DNA from: Azolla caroliniana | Lineage: Eukaryota > Plantae > Polypodiophyta | Length of the DNA: 64,000 nucleotides | NCBI GenBank assembly: GCA_043228905.1 | Contig: JBHGNT010000014.1 | Span: 8,308,001-8,372,000 of the forward strand | Reading direction: 5' to 3' | Shown here: positions 1 through 13,134 of the stretch, one piece after another | How the letters are laid out: every line of letters begins with the position of its first letter | How positions within the stretch are numbered: position 1 is the first letter of the stretch | Program-made: the position numbers and the translations under genes | The notes under the pieces: model-generated | What the model was told of the DNA's origin: nothing | The model's database searches: none | What the model saw: only the letters and a program-made list of their open reading frames with translations

Positions 1-1479
1 GTGATAGAATGCACACGCACCCAGAAACCTTCGGACTTCCGATGTTGACTCACATACTTCCTTCATAGCTTGAATCGCATCGATCTTTGTTGGTGACGGT
101 CTTCGGCCGTAGGGTCCACATAGATGTCCGACCACCAATATTTCTTCTTGCCCGAATGCCGATTTCTCCCCGGAAAGTGTTAGGTGCACATCTTCTAGCT
201 TTCGCAACACTTTCTCGCAATCATGAATATGGTCGATCACGAACTTTCGGCATCCCCGATCATCCATAGTCTCATCTTTTTCTTCCACCGCGCACCCTTT
301 CATCGGAATGTCATCTAGAAACGGCATCGTTATCTCCGGGATGCAATCTCGAAGCACCTTGTTCATCGCGTTCATCATATGTGCAACCGAGTTTGTCGCT
401 CCTTGTGGTAGTGTGCACATTCGAACTAGTCCTATCGGTGTCCGCATGGTAGTGATGTCTCGGCTCTCCACGGCTAGTTGGAATTGGTCATACCCCGAGT
501 ATAGGTCCCCGATGGAGTATATCGCACGTCCGGCAAAAGCTTCCGCGAATTCGTCCACTATCGGACCGACTCCCGAGTTCCGGATCGTGACCTTGTTCAC
601 CGGTTGCAAGTCTTGGATGAATCGGAGTGACCCATTCTTCTTCGGAACCGTAAACCATCGATTTGAGTATGGAGCACTTGATGGCTCTAGAATCCCCATC
701 GCCACCTTCTCCTTGAGCAAGTCGATGACTTTCGGAATATGCGCCCGTGGCACCGGAATCGGCTTCAGGTTCCACGGTATATGATCAATCGTGAAAATCA
801 CCATCGGCTCCACTATCTTTGGATCAATGCATCCGATCTCCCTCGATGTGAACGCGAATGCTTTGCCATGTTGCTCCAACATCTCTCGAAACCGTTTTTC
901 TTCTTCTTGTAAGAGGAACCCACCTCCACCGATCCGAAGTTTCTTCCGGGTCTCATCTGTGAAGGCATGTCCGATATCCACGGTCTTCCGAAGTGTCGGA
1001 TCTCCCGAGACTTCTTTCCTCTTTTGTTCGCTATCGGCGGGTAGTGGTCCCGCGGCCGGTTTCACCTTCTTCTCCACGGTCTTGTATTTCGTACTTACCA
1101 TTGCTTCTTCTTTGCGGAGCGCATCCGGCCCCATTTTCGCAACGATCTCGTACATCTCGACCGATTCCACCGGGACTACCCGGTTCCCTTGGCTTTTATC
1201 TTCCGCAAGCTCTTCAAGCCGTTGTAGTGTATTCCCATAGAACACTTCCTCGATCACTCCCACGATTTCTTCGTCTTCTTTTATTATTGATGCCGACCGT
1301 AACTTATCCTCCACTTGTCGGTATTGTTTCTTCATTCCTCCGGTTACGGCCGTGTACGTAGATGCCCCATCCGGGCCGATTCGTACTTGTTTTGCTCCGA
1401 GAGTTTTCTTCCTGTGTGGGGTATCAGGGCTTCTCGGACTATCACTTCCCCACTCCGCAACAGTCCGCTTTAAAAATCC
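1..1479 (-). CDS. pol: pol (reverse transcriptase), open to window edge, -1 frame relative to gag-pro
   Basis: Manual minus-strand translation gives TKYKTVEKKVKP, PMVIFTIDHIPW, WFTVPKKNGSLRFIQDLQPVN, DLYSGYDQF, LPQGATNS and the catalytic FLDD. No stop seen from 1479 through the FLDD region; missing from the ORF track, presumably because it is open-ended. Confidence 0.88.
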
Positions 1480-3509
1480 ATTCTCACTTGGGACAAGAGT
1501 TCCCTCTTGTTCCTTTCGTGATTTGCCGGCACCGTTAGGAATTGGACGGATTTCCCTCCGTTTTGGCTCCGAATTCGCGCAAAAGCCGCACCACTATCGA
1601 GCACCTTCGTCTCCATCCGTGAAGCCGTGATAAAGGGTTGGCCGAGGATGACAGAATGTGAAACCTCATCCTGCACAAAGAAATTTTGGTCAATTTCGAC
1701 ATCCCCGATCTTTACCGTCACATCCGGACAAGCCGCAAATAGGTCTTCTGTCGTTTTCGTGGCTGCCCGAATCTTCCATCCATGGTTGGTGTTTATAGGC
1801 CACTTCCCCTTTCGGTAGAACTCCTTGGACATCAAGTTGATCTCCGATCCGTGATCAATCAATGCTAGCACGGGTTCTTTGATGTTGCCGATTCGGACCG
1901 GAGTCTCCGTAGTCGCACGGGCCCAGTGTGGCCTTGTATAGTGGGAGTTCGGAATTTCGCCTTCCACTTCGGTGTCGTTCGTTGAAACGGTATTTGCATT
2001 CACCCTTGGAGCATTTTCCTCCGTACTTTGTCTCTTCCTTTTCACGAGATCCACGAGAAGATCGTGAAACTCCTTCTTCGCTATTCCGAGTAGTTCCCGC
2101 AGCGAAAAATCTACCCGGCTATCCAAGATTCTTTCCTCGAACACTCTTTTCAAGTCGGTTTGTTGTTCTATGTCCGAGGCGAGCTTGAATGCCGGAGTCG
2201 CCTTTTCTTTTCCCTTACCTCCGGAGTTCCAGCTTTCCGGTATCTTCGATGGTCCGGCCGCATCCTCCGTGCGCCGTCGTTTCTCGTCCACATACACCTC
2301 ATGTAATTGACACAGGGCGTATATGCTATTCTTGTCGACAGGGCACTCCCATCCCGTAGCTTCCCGGACGCCTTCCGCGGTGTTTCGGATATCGTTGGAG
2401 TCGGTTTTCTCGGTGTTTCCTAGCACCTCCGGCCAGAAAGACGCCTTCGCTCCCGTTGACTCCCCGACACATATTCCCGCGGTTGTCGCATAGTTTCTTC
2501 TTGCCGCTAACTCCTCCTCGAGCACCTTCTTCATGCCGCCTTTCCGGAAGTTCGGTCGGAGTGGCTTCCGAGAGTCCATCGAATGAATCCGGTTTCCCTC
2601 GTAGTAGATGAGATCCCGTCGTAGCGCCTCCTTATGGTCATCGCAATCCCTCCGATCGTGTTCGGCGCTATCGCACCATATGCACCGTCGATCCGTATAT
2701 TTGGAGCTTGTGGGGCGGTCATCCGACTTCTTCACCATCGCGATCTTTAGATTCTCCATCTCCTTCAGCAGCTGCTCCACCGTAGACGCGTCGACTCCCT
2801 TCTCGGCCGTAATCTCCCGAGCCCTCGGTTGATGGTCTTCCAGTCCCGTTCTCGGTTTCGGAATCGGTTCCGAAACCCTCTTTTCTTCGTTGGCAAGCCA
2901 TTGCCCCCTCTTCGTGTACCACGCGACGATATCCCGCACGCTTTCCCATGTTTCGGTGAGGCCGCTTTCGGTGGTCGTGTCCTCAAGAAGCACTCCGAGA
3001 TCTTTCCGGTCCCGGACGTCCACAGCTCGCAAAAACATGATGACTTTGTCCGGTGCAAGAATAGTTTGATCTCTCGCGGACAACCTCCCGAACCGACTTT
3101 CGAATGCCGAAAACACTTCGAGGACCTTCAGCCCCTTACCTGACGTTTCCACCCAATCCTCGAATCCCCTCCGCGTTGCCTTGGAGGAGTCCTCGATGGC
3201 AAACGTGGTCTTTAACGCCTCTTCGAATGCTTCCCACGTCGGATTTTGTTGTTGCAACCCGTGGATACTCCCTTGAAGCCCGTCGGTCGCCACCCGGTTA
3301 AAGGATGTCACTTGCAGTCCTTCCGAAGCCCGGCACCGGAGCATCTCCGCCTTGTAGTCCTGCAAATATCGCGACACATCCTTACCATTAAATTGCCCGT
3401 TGCGTTGCACGAGCCGCTCTACTGATGCCGAAATCTCCGACATCGTGCGTTGTTCTTGAAGCATCCGTTCGAACATCGCCATCATATTGTTAGCTTGTTG
3501 AGCCTCCAT
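1470..3509 (-). CDS. gag: gag + aspartic protease (680 codons from first ATG after PBS)
   Basis: ORF 1470..3596. Zinc knuckle CIWCDSAEHDRRDC; protease LIDHGSEINL...VILGQPF. Confidence 0.9.
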   Translation of the reverse strand: MEAQQANNMMAMFERMLQEQRTMSEISASVERLVQRNGQFNGKDVSRYLQDYKAEMLRCRASEGLQVTSFNRVATDGLQGSIHGLQQQNPTWEAFEEALKTTFAIEDSSKATRRGFEDWVETSGKGLKVLEVFSAFESRFGRLSARDQTILAPDKVIMFLRAVDVRDRKDLGVLLEDTTTESGLTETWESVRDIVAWYTKRGQWLANEEKRVSEPIPKPRTGLEDHQPRAREITAEKGVDASTVEQLLKEMENLKIAMVKKSDDRPTSSKYTDRRCIWCDSAEHDRRDCDDHKEALRRDLIYYEGNRIHSMDSRKPLRPNFRKGGMKKVLEEELAARRNYATTAGICVGESTGAKASFWPEVLGNTEKTDSNDIRNTAEGVREATGWECPVDKNSIYALCQLHEVYVDEKRRRTEDAAGPSKIPESWNSGGKGKEKATPAFKLASDIEQQTDLKRVFEERILDSRVDFSLRELLGIAKKEFHDLLVDLVKRKRQSTEENAPRVNANTVSTNDTEVEGEIPNSHYTRPHWARATTETPVRIGNIKEPVLALIDHGSEINLMSKEFYRKGKWPINTNHGWKIRAATKTTEDLFAACPDVTVKIGDVEIDQNFFVQDEVSHSVILGQPFITASRMETKVLDSGAAFARIRSQNGGKSVQFLTVPANHERNKRELLSQVRMDF

Positions 3510-3525
3510 CTCCTTGCCACCCGTT

Positions 3526-3543
3526 TTCACGTCGGGTTCACCA
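3526..3543 (-). promoter_or_regulatory. Primer binding site, tRNA-Trp
   Basis: TGGTGAACCCGACGTGAA, 4 nt after the LTR end; complementary to the recalled plant tRNA-Trp 3' end (TTCACGTCGGGTTCACCA). Confidence 0.85.
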
Positions 3544-3547
3544 ACTG

Positions 3548-4337
3548 TGTCGTGCCTTTCGGCTCCGGATCGTTGCGTGAGTCGGGTGGGAACCACAGAG
3601 GTCTTGGACTAGGAGAAAGAAGTTCGTGAGATAAAGATTAATTATGAATAAATAGCGAAGAGAAAGATAAGAAACTCGTGAATCACACGAGTATACTATA
3701 TTAATTGGTACTTAGGGTGTTAAGAGAGAAGTAGATGTATAAATCGTGAATCCCACGAATAATTTTTGTATTGATTAATACTTAATCCAAATAACCAACA
3801 ACCCTTTACATATTTCTCTCCTCCTTATATAAGGAAAGAAGAGCTAAGCATGGCTTCATGCTTTTCTTTTTTTTACAAAAAGTGTTCATGTCCACTAAAT
3901 GTGCATGTGATGCTTTTTTTTATTTCCTAAGTATAGGGCTCATGCACGCTAGATGTGCATGAGTTATTTTTAGTGTCTCGCGTTTTTCTTTTTCATATAT
4001 TAAAAAAAATACACGATTTACCTTTTAATAAAGGTATGCATAAATAAAGGTCTTATACATATTAAATCTATATTTAGAACACTTAAGATAGTTTAATGTA
4101 ATGGTAAGGTTGGGGTTTGTCAACGTGGAGGTGCAGAGTTCGAATCACGCCCTGCGCAGTAGTGAGTATTTCCTATCTTTTTACATTTATGTCTCTTTAT
4201 CCGGCTCTTCCTTGCCGGTATGCCGTTTTCTTCCTTGCCGGTATGCCGTTTTCTTCCGGTTCTCCCCGAGCACTCCATTCTCTATCCGGAGGAACAAAAA
4301 TATAATTTCCACATAGTGTGCAACCTACACTACGACA
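3548..4337 (-). repeat. 5' LTR (790 bp)
   Basis: TGTCGT/ACGACA termini; both ends homologous to the LTRs at 34749, 44759 and 47462. Confidence 0.88.
4088..4152 (+). promoter_or_regulatory. tRNA-like A/B-box cassette inside LTR, antisense to element
   Basis: TAATGTAATGGTAAG...GGAGGTGCAGAGTTCGAATC with tRNA-like spacing; no full cloverleaf. Confidence 0.6.
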
Positions 4338-5169
4338 CCGTTCGAGTGCGTGTAGAGCATGTGGCCTTCCGACTCATGGTCTCCTTGTACGCACATGGTT
4401 TTCTTCAACCAATAGCATTGATTGGAGCTCGAAGAAGGAGGGAGATTTCTCCCGTGCTAGAACGGCGGTTCGCATCGCGTCGAATCGTGGTGCCAGGCCA
4501 CCGAGGCATATTTGCACCACCTCATCATCTTCGATATTTACGCTTATCGAGCCGAGTGAATCGCAAAGCTCCTTGATCTTCGAGGTGTATGTCGTGATGG
4601 ACATGTCCCTTTGTTGAATGTTGTTCAACTCTTGGCGGAGTTGAAGCCTTCTTGCGGTTGTGTTCACCGCGAAAATCTTTCGTAGATTTTCCCATGCCTC
4701 CTTCGGCGTCTTGGCTTCGCGAATGTAGCCGAGCATGTGATTATGAACACATGTCGCCAAGCAATACATCACATGGTTTGCGGCTTGCTTCCATGTCGCA
4801 TATTCGGGAGTCACTTCGGCGGGTCGGTCTTTGTGCTCTCCTTTGATGTAGCTCCAATAGCCTTGTCCGACAAGGTATTGGTGCATCTTGTACCTCCCAA
4901 GATGCGAAGTTGTTTCGATCCAACTTCTCGATAGGGAGAGCACTCCCCATTTGAGTATTCATTATGTCGATTCTTCTTCTTCTTCTTCTCTCTTCGAATG
5001 CGAACTATGTAGCGAAGCTACGATAGCGATGAGCCGGTTCTTCTTGAACGTCAGCGTAGAGCTCAACACACGCGAATGGGTTAGATGGAGCTACCAAATC
5101 GCTCTGATACCATGTAAAGAATCAAGAGATGGATTGTGTGCAGCGAAATAGATATGAATTGTGTGTGTG

Positions 5170-5218
<49 letters not shown>

Positions 5219-5520
5219 CGAGTAAGACACAGAGAATACGCAAGGTAAAAACTATTAACAAAGGAGAAAGACTCAACATTATACAAGGTGGGAGGAGGGT
5301 ACTTTATATAGTCACCCTCTCTCTTCATTAACTACAAGACTCATGGAGCATGGGGAATGTGAAAGCTCATAAGTTATGTGTCATAGAATATGATTCTATG
5401 ACTCATACTAAATGCTAGAATACAAAGTGGTGACATAATGGTGACTCTTGACTAATGGAGTGTCTATTCACTCTTAAGGTGAGTTCACACACTAGACCAA
5501 GTTGAGCTTGATTCTCAACA
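4338..5520 (-). mobile_element. Ty1/Copia element, 5' end (LTR 5520->5113, PBS-Met, frameshifted gag), interrupted by the Ty3 at 4337
   Basis: TG...CA LTR with (GA)n; TGGTATCAGAGC at 5112->5101; gag KLDRNNFASW/YLVGQGYWSY/AWENLRKIF, homologous to gag at 14237. Confidence 0.9.
4342..4962 (-). pseudogene. gag: Copia gag (UBN2-type), frameshifted and truncated
   Basis: ORFs 4741..4962 and 4374..4943 join into one gag across a frameshift. Confidence 0.85.
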
Positions 5521-6805
5521 TGGGTATATCTTCTTGAATATTGGAGGCAGTGCTACTTCGGAAAGTGGTGTTCCTTTCTTTAGAAATAGCACCAGTCCCT
5601 TTGTTTGAAGAGCTATTAAAAGTCCTTGGAACCATTCTTCTGTTCCCAAACTTTTGTGAATATTCAAGGCTTTCATTATGTGCATCACAAGTAATCTTAT
5701 GACTAGCAAGCACTTGATTGTGTGTGTTGCAAGAAGTTGCAACTTCAATGTGGCTTTGCTTCTAACATTCATATTTTGTATTTTTTTCTTTAACAACTCT
5801 TTTGGATACTTGAGAAAGAGTCTTTCATTCTTCACTCTCATCCCGATTCTGGCTAGCTATGCCGATGGAAGCTCAATCGGATACCCAGCACCGAAAAAAC
5901 AAGGGGAGAGATCGAGGCCCTAACTGTGATGTAGAGGCGATGCCGATGGGGAAGGGAACCGCCGACCACAAAATAGGGAAAGAGCCATCTGCCGCATCGG
6001 GCTCTCTATAAAGGAGAGAGATTGCATAGATTTCCTCACTCTCCCATGCAAAGATTGGGAAGACTTGATCCTCTCCATAGTACTGGAGATTCAGGTCGAG
6101 GATATGGCGGAATGGAGACACATTGTTGACTTCTTCTCCAAGGGGTGTCAACTGAAACAAAGAGGAAGAGTGAGGGTGGGGAGAGTATCCTGTAGACACA
6201 CACAAGCACACACACACAACAACTACTACTACAACAACAACATATGCGAAGAGAGAGAGAGAGAGAGAGAGACGTCTTCTCAAGGGAGGTCGGGCTCTAG
6301 AGAGAGAGAGAGAGAGACTTCCTCTCAAGGGAAGGGAAGGGAAGGGAAGGGAAGGGAAAGGTGGGGTAGGGGAAGTTGAAGAAGCTCCTCTCATGGAACA
6401 CCCACCATTTCTTCAGTTGCGCCAACACACAGACACATAAGAGTAGAGAGGGAGAGAGAGACTTTTGCTCAAGGGAGGGTCGGTCGTTTGTTGATGAGTG
6501 GGGGGTGGAGCCACCCCCCTCCCAAGGGGGTTATGCGTGAGGGAGAGAGAGAGAGAGAAACAATGACATAGAAATGAGAGGGAAAAGTTCTATATTGCAT
6601 TACATGCCCCATAGGGGGTTTATATAGTACATAATATAACAGTTACATAATGTGAATGTTAGAAAAAGATCGTTACATTCTTGTATGCATGCACATAATT
6701 GTGCACGTGTTCACACACATATTTATCCTCACTCACAGTTGTATACATTGCACATATACCAAAACCCCTTTATCGTGTTTGACCCTTACACTCCTACGGG
6801 TAACA
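5521..6805 (-). mobile_element. TGTTACC-family LTR element fragment (LTR 6805->6489 plus internal region), inserted in a Copia RT
   Basis: Starts TGTTACCCGTA; shares the TATATAAACCCCCTATGGGG and CCCCTTGGGAGGGGGG blocks and post-LTR CCCTCCCTTGAG with the 32164 element; PBS appears deleted. Confidence 0.7.
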
Positions 6806-7680
6806 TTTGTCACATACTTCTGTTGTGACAACCATAGCATGTTCTTCATTTTGTCACGAACTATGTGCATCCCCAATATTTGCTTTGTCGGTCCAAGATC
6901 TTTCATAGCAAATGACTTGCCTAGGCTTTCTTCGAGCTCGTCATCAACATATAGCACAAGATTTAAGAAGTCGCCTTCATCATACCTTTTCACAAAAACA
7001 CAATGATCAACTTGTGTTTTATGGAACCCAACATGAAGGATTCGAACTTCTTGTACCATTGGCATGGAGCTTGTTTCAGACCATAGAAGCTTTTCCTTCG
7101 TCAAGACACCAGATTCTCTTTTCCTTTCTCCACAAAGCATTCAGGCTACTACATATAGATCTCTTCATCTAATTCCCCATACAAGAATGCATTCTTGACA
7201 TTTAATTGATGTATCCCCAGATTCATAGTGGCAGCAATACCTAGCACTAATCGAATGGATGTCAAAATTGACCCCTTTTTCTGTTGAAACCCCTTTACTA
7301 CAACTTGGGCCTTGTATCTAGGTGAGCTATCATCTCCCCCATTTTTCAGCACCCATTTGTTTCTCAAGGCTCATTTACCTTTTGGTACCTCTACCTCATC
7401 TTGCATTGCACTCTTCCATTACTCCTTGCGCTCGTCTTCCATGGCCTCCTTGTAGCATTTTGGCTCATCTTTATCAATCAATAAAACATATTGATTGGCA
7501 TATCGTGATGGTGCTCTCCTTTGCATGAGTGGATATATTCCACCTCCCATTGTCAGCTCCAGTTTGGTTGTCTCTACCGACTCTTCACTCGGCTCATGTT
7601 CATACATGTTGATCAGTTGTTGAAGGTCGACCGACTGCATCAATCGACTTTTGTAGGTCTATCAAATCCGACTCATATGT
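6806..7680 (-). pseudogene. Degenerate Copia RT fragment
   Basis: RYKAQVVVKGFQQ, QLNVKNAFLYGEL, LVLYVDD, FAMKDLGPTKQILGM. Confidence 0.85.
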
Positions 7681-10600
7681 ATTAGTCAGTTGCTCCGAGT
7701 CTACCATCTCAGATTCGGCCATGTTTCCTCCGCCAATTTTCTGTTGGCCGCAATTTGTTCTTCGTACCACTCCTTCTGCTTGGCCCGTCTTGTGGCCTTT
7801 TTTTGTTCGTCGAGGGCAGCTAAAGTCTGGTTTTGCGTGATAATTAATGCTTCCAGCTTGTCCTCAGACGCCTTCACCTATTTCCAGGCCGTAGCTTGAA
7901 CGCTCATTTCTCAGTCCGATGATTACCAAAGCTCGGATCGGAGACATTCTATTTATGATTCGGCATTTGGTACTGGTTTCTTAGCTTTTGCCGTTAACGC
8001 CTGGTGGGCCTCTACCTCACGTAACTCCCAACTTTCCTCTATGGGTGGGCCTTCCGTGGAGGTAGCTCATTTGGCATCTTGGAGTTGCAGTTCTAGTTTG
8101 GCGGTAGAATTCTGCATCTCCTGTAGTTATCACTTCGTCTCCTTCTCCGTTCAATGTATCCTTTCCTCCAAGGTGCACCAGCGCCAATGCCTGGTGGAAT
8201 TTGACCAGGGCCATGTTTAAGGTTGGCAACTAGATTGCCATGTGCCCTCCGTCCGCATGCCATTTTTGGCCGATTTTGCTTATGGTCTCTTCTTCTTCAG
8301 GCTCTATCAATCCAGCTATCTCATGCTGGAACATCTGCCACTCAACATGCTCTTTGTCCATGCGTTGGACTTCCGCGAACTATTGTGTGGCGAGGAATTC
8401 CACGAGTTCGAACATTGTGCCGAACTGGAGGATGGCCGCGAACTCCTGTGCAACTGCTGGAATCTCCCGATACGCGAGGACTTTGCTCTCTTGATGACGA
8501 ACCCTTGGCCCCATTGAAGCTTCCCACTGAGAGTCGTTCCTTTGCAAAATCTGGAACGACTATTGTTGTCGACTCAACTGGTGCCTCTGTGGTTGGCTTT
8601 GTCTCTGCGTTTTTTGCCAATCCTTGGCCGTTTTTCCCATCCAGACGGTGGCGTTTCAATTTGGGGCTTCAGGGAGACTCCTCTTGCTATTGTTCGCACT
8701 GCTACCTATCAAGCTCTGCTAACTCCGTCTGTTGAATTGTGGTGGTAGTGGTGATGGTTGTAGATTTTTTCAAGCCAAAGGGCACGACTTGTTGAGATCG
8801 TTTGCTTTCGTAGTCATCCCATTCGGTTGTTCAAAGCTCACCAAGACATATCTTCCGGCCGGAGACTAGCGGTTGGGGTGGTGCTAGGCTGGACATGATT
8901 GGAATCAGAAGTTCTGCAGCCGGTGGGAACAATACTATCAAGTATTGTGGAATGATGGGAAGCAATTTCTTCCCCGCCTAAAGAGCGAGGAGTCTGGCAC
9001 GTAAGGACACACCTGTGACACACCTCCAATCGATTGGAGCGTCCTCGTACATCGTGATGATTACTCCTCCCTTGTGCTTTGGCATCCCATATGATTTAGG
9101 ATGCACATAGGCGACCTCCAACATAAACTTGGTGACATCCCAGAAGAATATGTTTGGGGCCTTGGCGGAGGCCGAATACTCCCCAAAATACTTCTCCAAC
9201 ACTACGGTTGGAGGAATGTCAAAGCATCGATTGCGGAGTGGATTCAGGTCCAGCTTTTTCCTGATCATGGCATTGGTGATGGTGTCCACGTTAATCTTTG
9301 CGCCGATGTCGTGGTATTGGGGTGGTGTTTGGTCTCGGTGATTCGGATGCATCGTGGTAAGCCTTGGTCGATGAGCCACTGTCTAAGGGCAAGGGCACCG
9401 TCGATGGCCATGGCTAGAGGAGGGTCGAGATCTGTAGAGGGGTTAGTTGTTCGCAGAGAGCGAGAATGGGTTGAAGGGGAAGAGCGAGGGGAGCAAGAAG
9501 GTTTTCTGCTCTAAGCTCTTCGTTATTCTGTTCACGAAATAGGTGAGAATATCGTCAGGCCTTCTTTTTGTGAGTCTAGGCGAGGGACATCCTTTTCTAA
9601 TTTGAGCCATGGAGCCACACTTGTAAACAACTAGTTACTTGCTTTCTTGGACTACGTGTCTACATGAAAAGGGTCTTTAAATAGTTCTGAATGCCCTCTT
9701 CTTTTTTCATTTTTCATTTTTCATTTTTTTCTTTCAATTAAAAATGATAAGGTACAATCGTGTTACAGTAATGGTACATTAAAGCCTCCCTTTATTTATA
9801 AGGGGGAGTGGGGTCCATCCCACGAGGTTGATTTGGCGGGGAGTAGTGTAGTAGTGAGTGTTTTCAAAAACGGGTTCGGTGGTGTGGGCCCCAAGAACGA
9901 TTTTAGCCAAAATCTGTTGACTTTCATCGATAGCACATCGCCAGCTAATGTTTTGAGTTTGAATGTGCCATTTTTTATGTCCGTTATCCAAATATGGGCT
10001 TGACCATCGCAATCGGAGTACAACTTTGCCGATTTCGAATGCCTTTTCATTCCTTTTCCGATGCCTATCGAAAATGGCTTCCAACGTCTTTGCTCTTGCC
10101 CCAAGGTAGCCATGGTAACAATCCGATCTTCCCCCTACTCCAAAAGTTGTTGAATCTGCACCTGCTCTGACTCCCTACTTTGGATGACTAGCTCAAGGCC
10201 GAATGCTAATCTGAATGGCATCTACTGGATATTGGTCATAAAACTCATTCGATAAGCCCATCAAGCGTTTTGGAGCTTCGTATCCCAATCTGTCCTATTT
10301 TCATTGACGATTTTCTTTGACAAGATATTCTGTAAAGTTTTATTTCGTCTATTCAACGAGTCTATTCACCTAGGGATAGTAGGGGATACTTTTCATCTGT
10401 ACCACAACATAGTGCTCAGTGAGTTTGCTTACCACCTTGTTGATGAAAGGGGCCCCTTGATCACTGATAAGCTTGATGGGGCATCCAAAGCGACACCAGA
10501 TGTTCTCGTATAAGAATTCTGTTGTGGACGACGCCGTGTTGTTGCACAATGCAGACGAGGATGTATCTATTCCCCGTCTGTGCCACTACCAAGGTGAAAT

Positions 10601-13134
10601 GGTCGACAAATTCCAGGCTGCATTTCTAGAATGGTTCCAAGGGCAACACCGGTTTGTGGGGCATGCAAGGGTGCTCGATCGGCTAGCCCATTCCCTGGCA
10701 GAAGTCACACTATCGACAATATATGTTCGCATCCTTCTATGTTGTCCACCACTAGAGGCTACTTTGCCATACCTTCCACATTGTTGTGTCGCTGACGTAG
10801 TGCCCACTGCCACACCGCAATGCGCCTCGTAGAGAATGGTTGCTTTTTCGTCGTTGTGGACACATCAATGCCAGATTCCGTCACTGCCCTTGTGGTAGAG
10901 CGCCCCTTCTAAGAGGCAAAAGTTCTAGCTGCAAATGACCAACCACTTCTTTTCTTCAATCCTGTGGTTAAGAAATGAATCATCTCTTTGACCCACTTGT
11001 CGTCCGGTAAAACCATGTTTGTTTCAGCCTCCGATGCAGAAATTTGCAATACGTCACTATTCGGAAAATCGTCATAGTTGCCATCGGCTTCCTCTCCGGT
11101 CTTGATTTGGCTTAAATAATCAATGATGGCATGTTGAGTTCCCAACCTATGTTGGATATCAATTTTGAAATCTTGAAGTACCAGCGTCCATCATGCCAAT
11201 TTGCCTGTGAGGGATTGTTTAGATACCAAGTAGAGGAGGACCGCATGGTCCACATGGAACACGAACTTTTGGCCAAGTAGGTAGTGTTGAAACTTATGTA
11301 TACTATAAATCATACCTAATGCATCGCGTTTGGTTGTCGAGTAATTTGGCTCAATAGTCGAGAGCTTTCAACTTGTGTAGTAGACCGGTGTTGCGTTGTT
11401 ACGCGCGTGTGTGGAGAAAGGCGGGACCACGGTGTCTTGGACTAGGGAGTGATAGAGTGTAGGAAGTCGTGCTTCACCGTTTCCGGGGGATCCCAGAAGA
11501 ACACCGGAAGCGACTGAAGGGAGAGAGAGAGAAAGAGAGGGAGCGCGCTCTTAACACCGACTCACGCACACACACACACACGCCGACCCGACTCACGCCC
11601 TTTATGTACAAGAAACGCAGACAGACGCAAATGTATATATATAAAAGAAGAATACATTCCCAGCTTCGAGCCGGACTGAGGTAGGTTACAGTAGTCGTCT
11701 GCTGCCAAGCTGCCGTCGGGGAGCTCTCGGCTCGTCACGCCGAGCGGGGTCTTGCACAAGAGGCCGCCAAAGCAAACCCTAAGCAGAACACGAAGGGGGA
11801 GAAGAAGAAGAAGAAGAAACTAACCCTAAACCTAACGGTATACCCTCTAATGCAAAATGGGCAACCGTTTCACAAAGGGCGTTCCCTTCCTTTTATAGAA
11901 CAAGGAGAGGGATGCGTTACAATGTGGGATAAATCCCGACTTACATGGGATCGTCTGTCCCGACTTGACTACTCTTCGGCGCCATAAAGACGCCCTCGAT
12001 ATTCACACTAAATGTACATGGGTGCGTACACACGCTACACCCCGCCGATGTAGCCAATGTTTCCCGGTTTCCGCTTCTAGCTGAAATTCTTCACGACATC
12101 CGCCCCCACCTAACCGCATATCCACCGGTATTTGTCAAGTTCGGTTGAGGGGTGAGAGATTTCGGCCGATGAGAAACCAGTCTTCCGTGATCCGCATCCT
12201 GGCTCGCTGCCAGTTTGATCCGTCGGCTTCGATTCTTCCTTCGCGCTTACCTCCCTGTAGGCTCGTTCGACCTGTCGATGGGTCCTCTGCCGCGATCTCC
12301 GTAGTACGCGTACTTCCGTTGGCCCTTGTTCGGCCGTATGAACGCCCCGCTTCCCGTCGTATGTCCGATGTCCTCCGCTTGAAGAACGCCCGTAGCGGCC
12401 CGCTTGGCCCTTCCCGTCTTTGTGCTGCTGCAACAGGTCCCGAGTCTTCCGTTTGCCATCGTCCCCTCGCCCCCACCAGCTTGTCATCCCGGCTTGCCGT
12501 GTCAGTCTTCGCTACTTTGACGAAGCTACCGAGATCTACGAAGCGAGTGTGGAGGATCCTCCTCCGGCCTCTCTTGCCATCCCCTGACTCCGACCCTGTG
12601 CAGTCCACTAGGCACTTGTCACCTCGTTCCCGACACCTCTCTTGTGCCATCTTTCGCTTCCTTCGTTCGGCACCGCCCGTGCCGAACACTGTCCCGTAGT
12701 CACGCTTTGATCCAGCCCGCGATGGCCACTTGCGAGACTCTTATTCCGTCCCAGGTGTGCCTTTCCGGCCTGACACACCTCCCTGTGTTTGCCCCTACCG
12801 GCTCCTTCCGAAACATCGTGTCGTCGGGTCCCGTTCCCTGCCACCACCGTCCTTCTACCTCGGTCTCATGTTGCCACGTTGGCCGAACTGCCGGAGTCTC
12901 CGGATCAGTGTGAGGGTCCCATAGGATCGGACTCCGTTTCTATGCTTGCCGAAATTCGGGTGTCTTTTGTTTGAGTCCCTCCCAAACTCTCCTCGTGTCT
13001 TCCGCGTAGTCGGGTCCCGTTTCCCGCCGCCACCACCTTCTCTCTCGGTCTCATGTTGCCGCGTTGGCCGAGCTGCTGGAGTCTCTGGTTAAGTGTGGGG
13101 ATCCCGTAGGACTGGACTTCCTTACGCCCATTGC

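Larger units (their letters stand above)
1..4337 (-). mobile_element. Ty3/Gypsy LTR retrotransposon (Ylt1-like, tRNA-Trp primed), 5' portion; 3' part lies left of the window
   Basis: 5' LTR 4337->3548 (TGTCGT...ACGACA), then PBS, gag-pro ORF, and an open RT frame to the window edge. Inserted in a Copia gag; flank CCGT at 4338-4341. Confidence 0.92.

Noticed and set aside
87-1361. Plus-strand ORFs over the first element and similar shadow ORFs throughout
   Set aside because: Antisense shadows of GC-rich retrotransposon coding frames.
4088-4152. Functional tRNA genes in LTRs
   Set aside because: A/B boxes are present but acceptor and anticodon stems do not form; reported as tRNA-like cassettes only.
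11774-11835. Telomeric-type AAACCCTAA motifs (also ~21592-21650 and ~57577-57595)
   Set aside because: Isolated telo-box-like words within LTRs, not a telomeric array.
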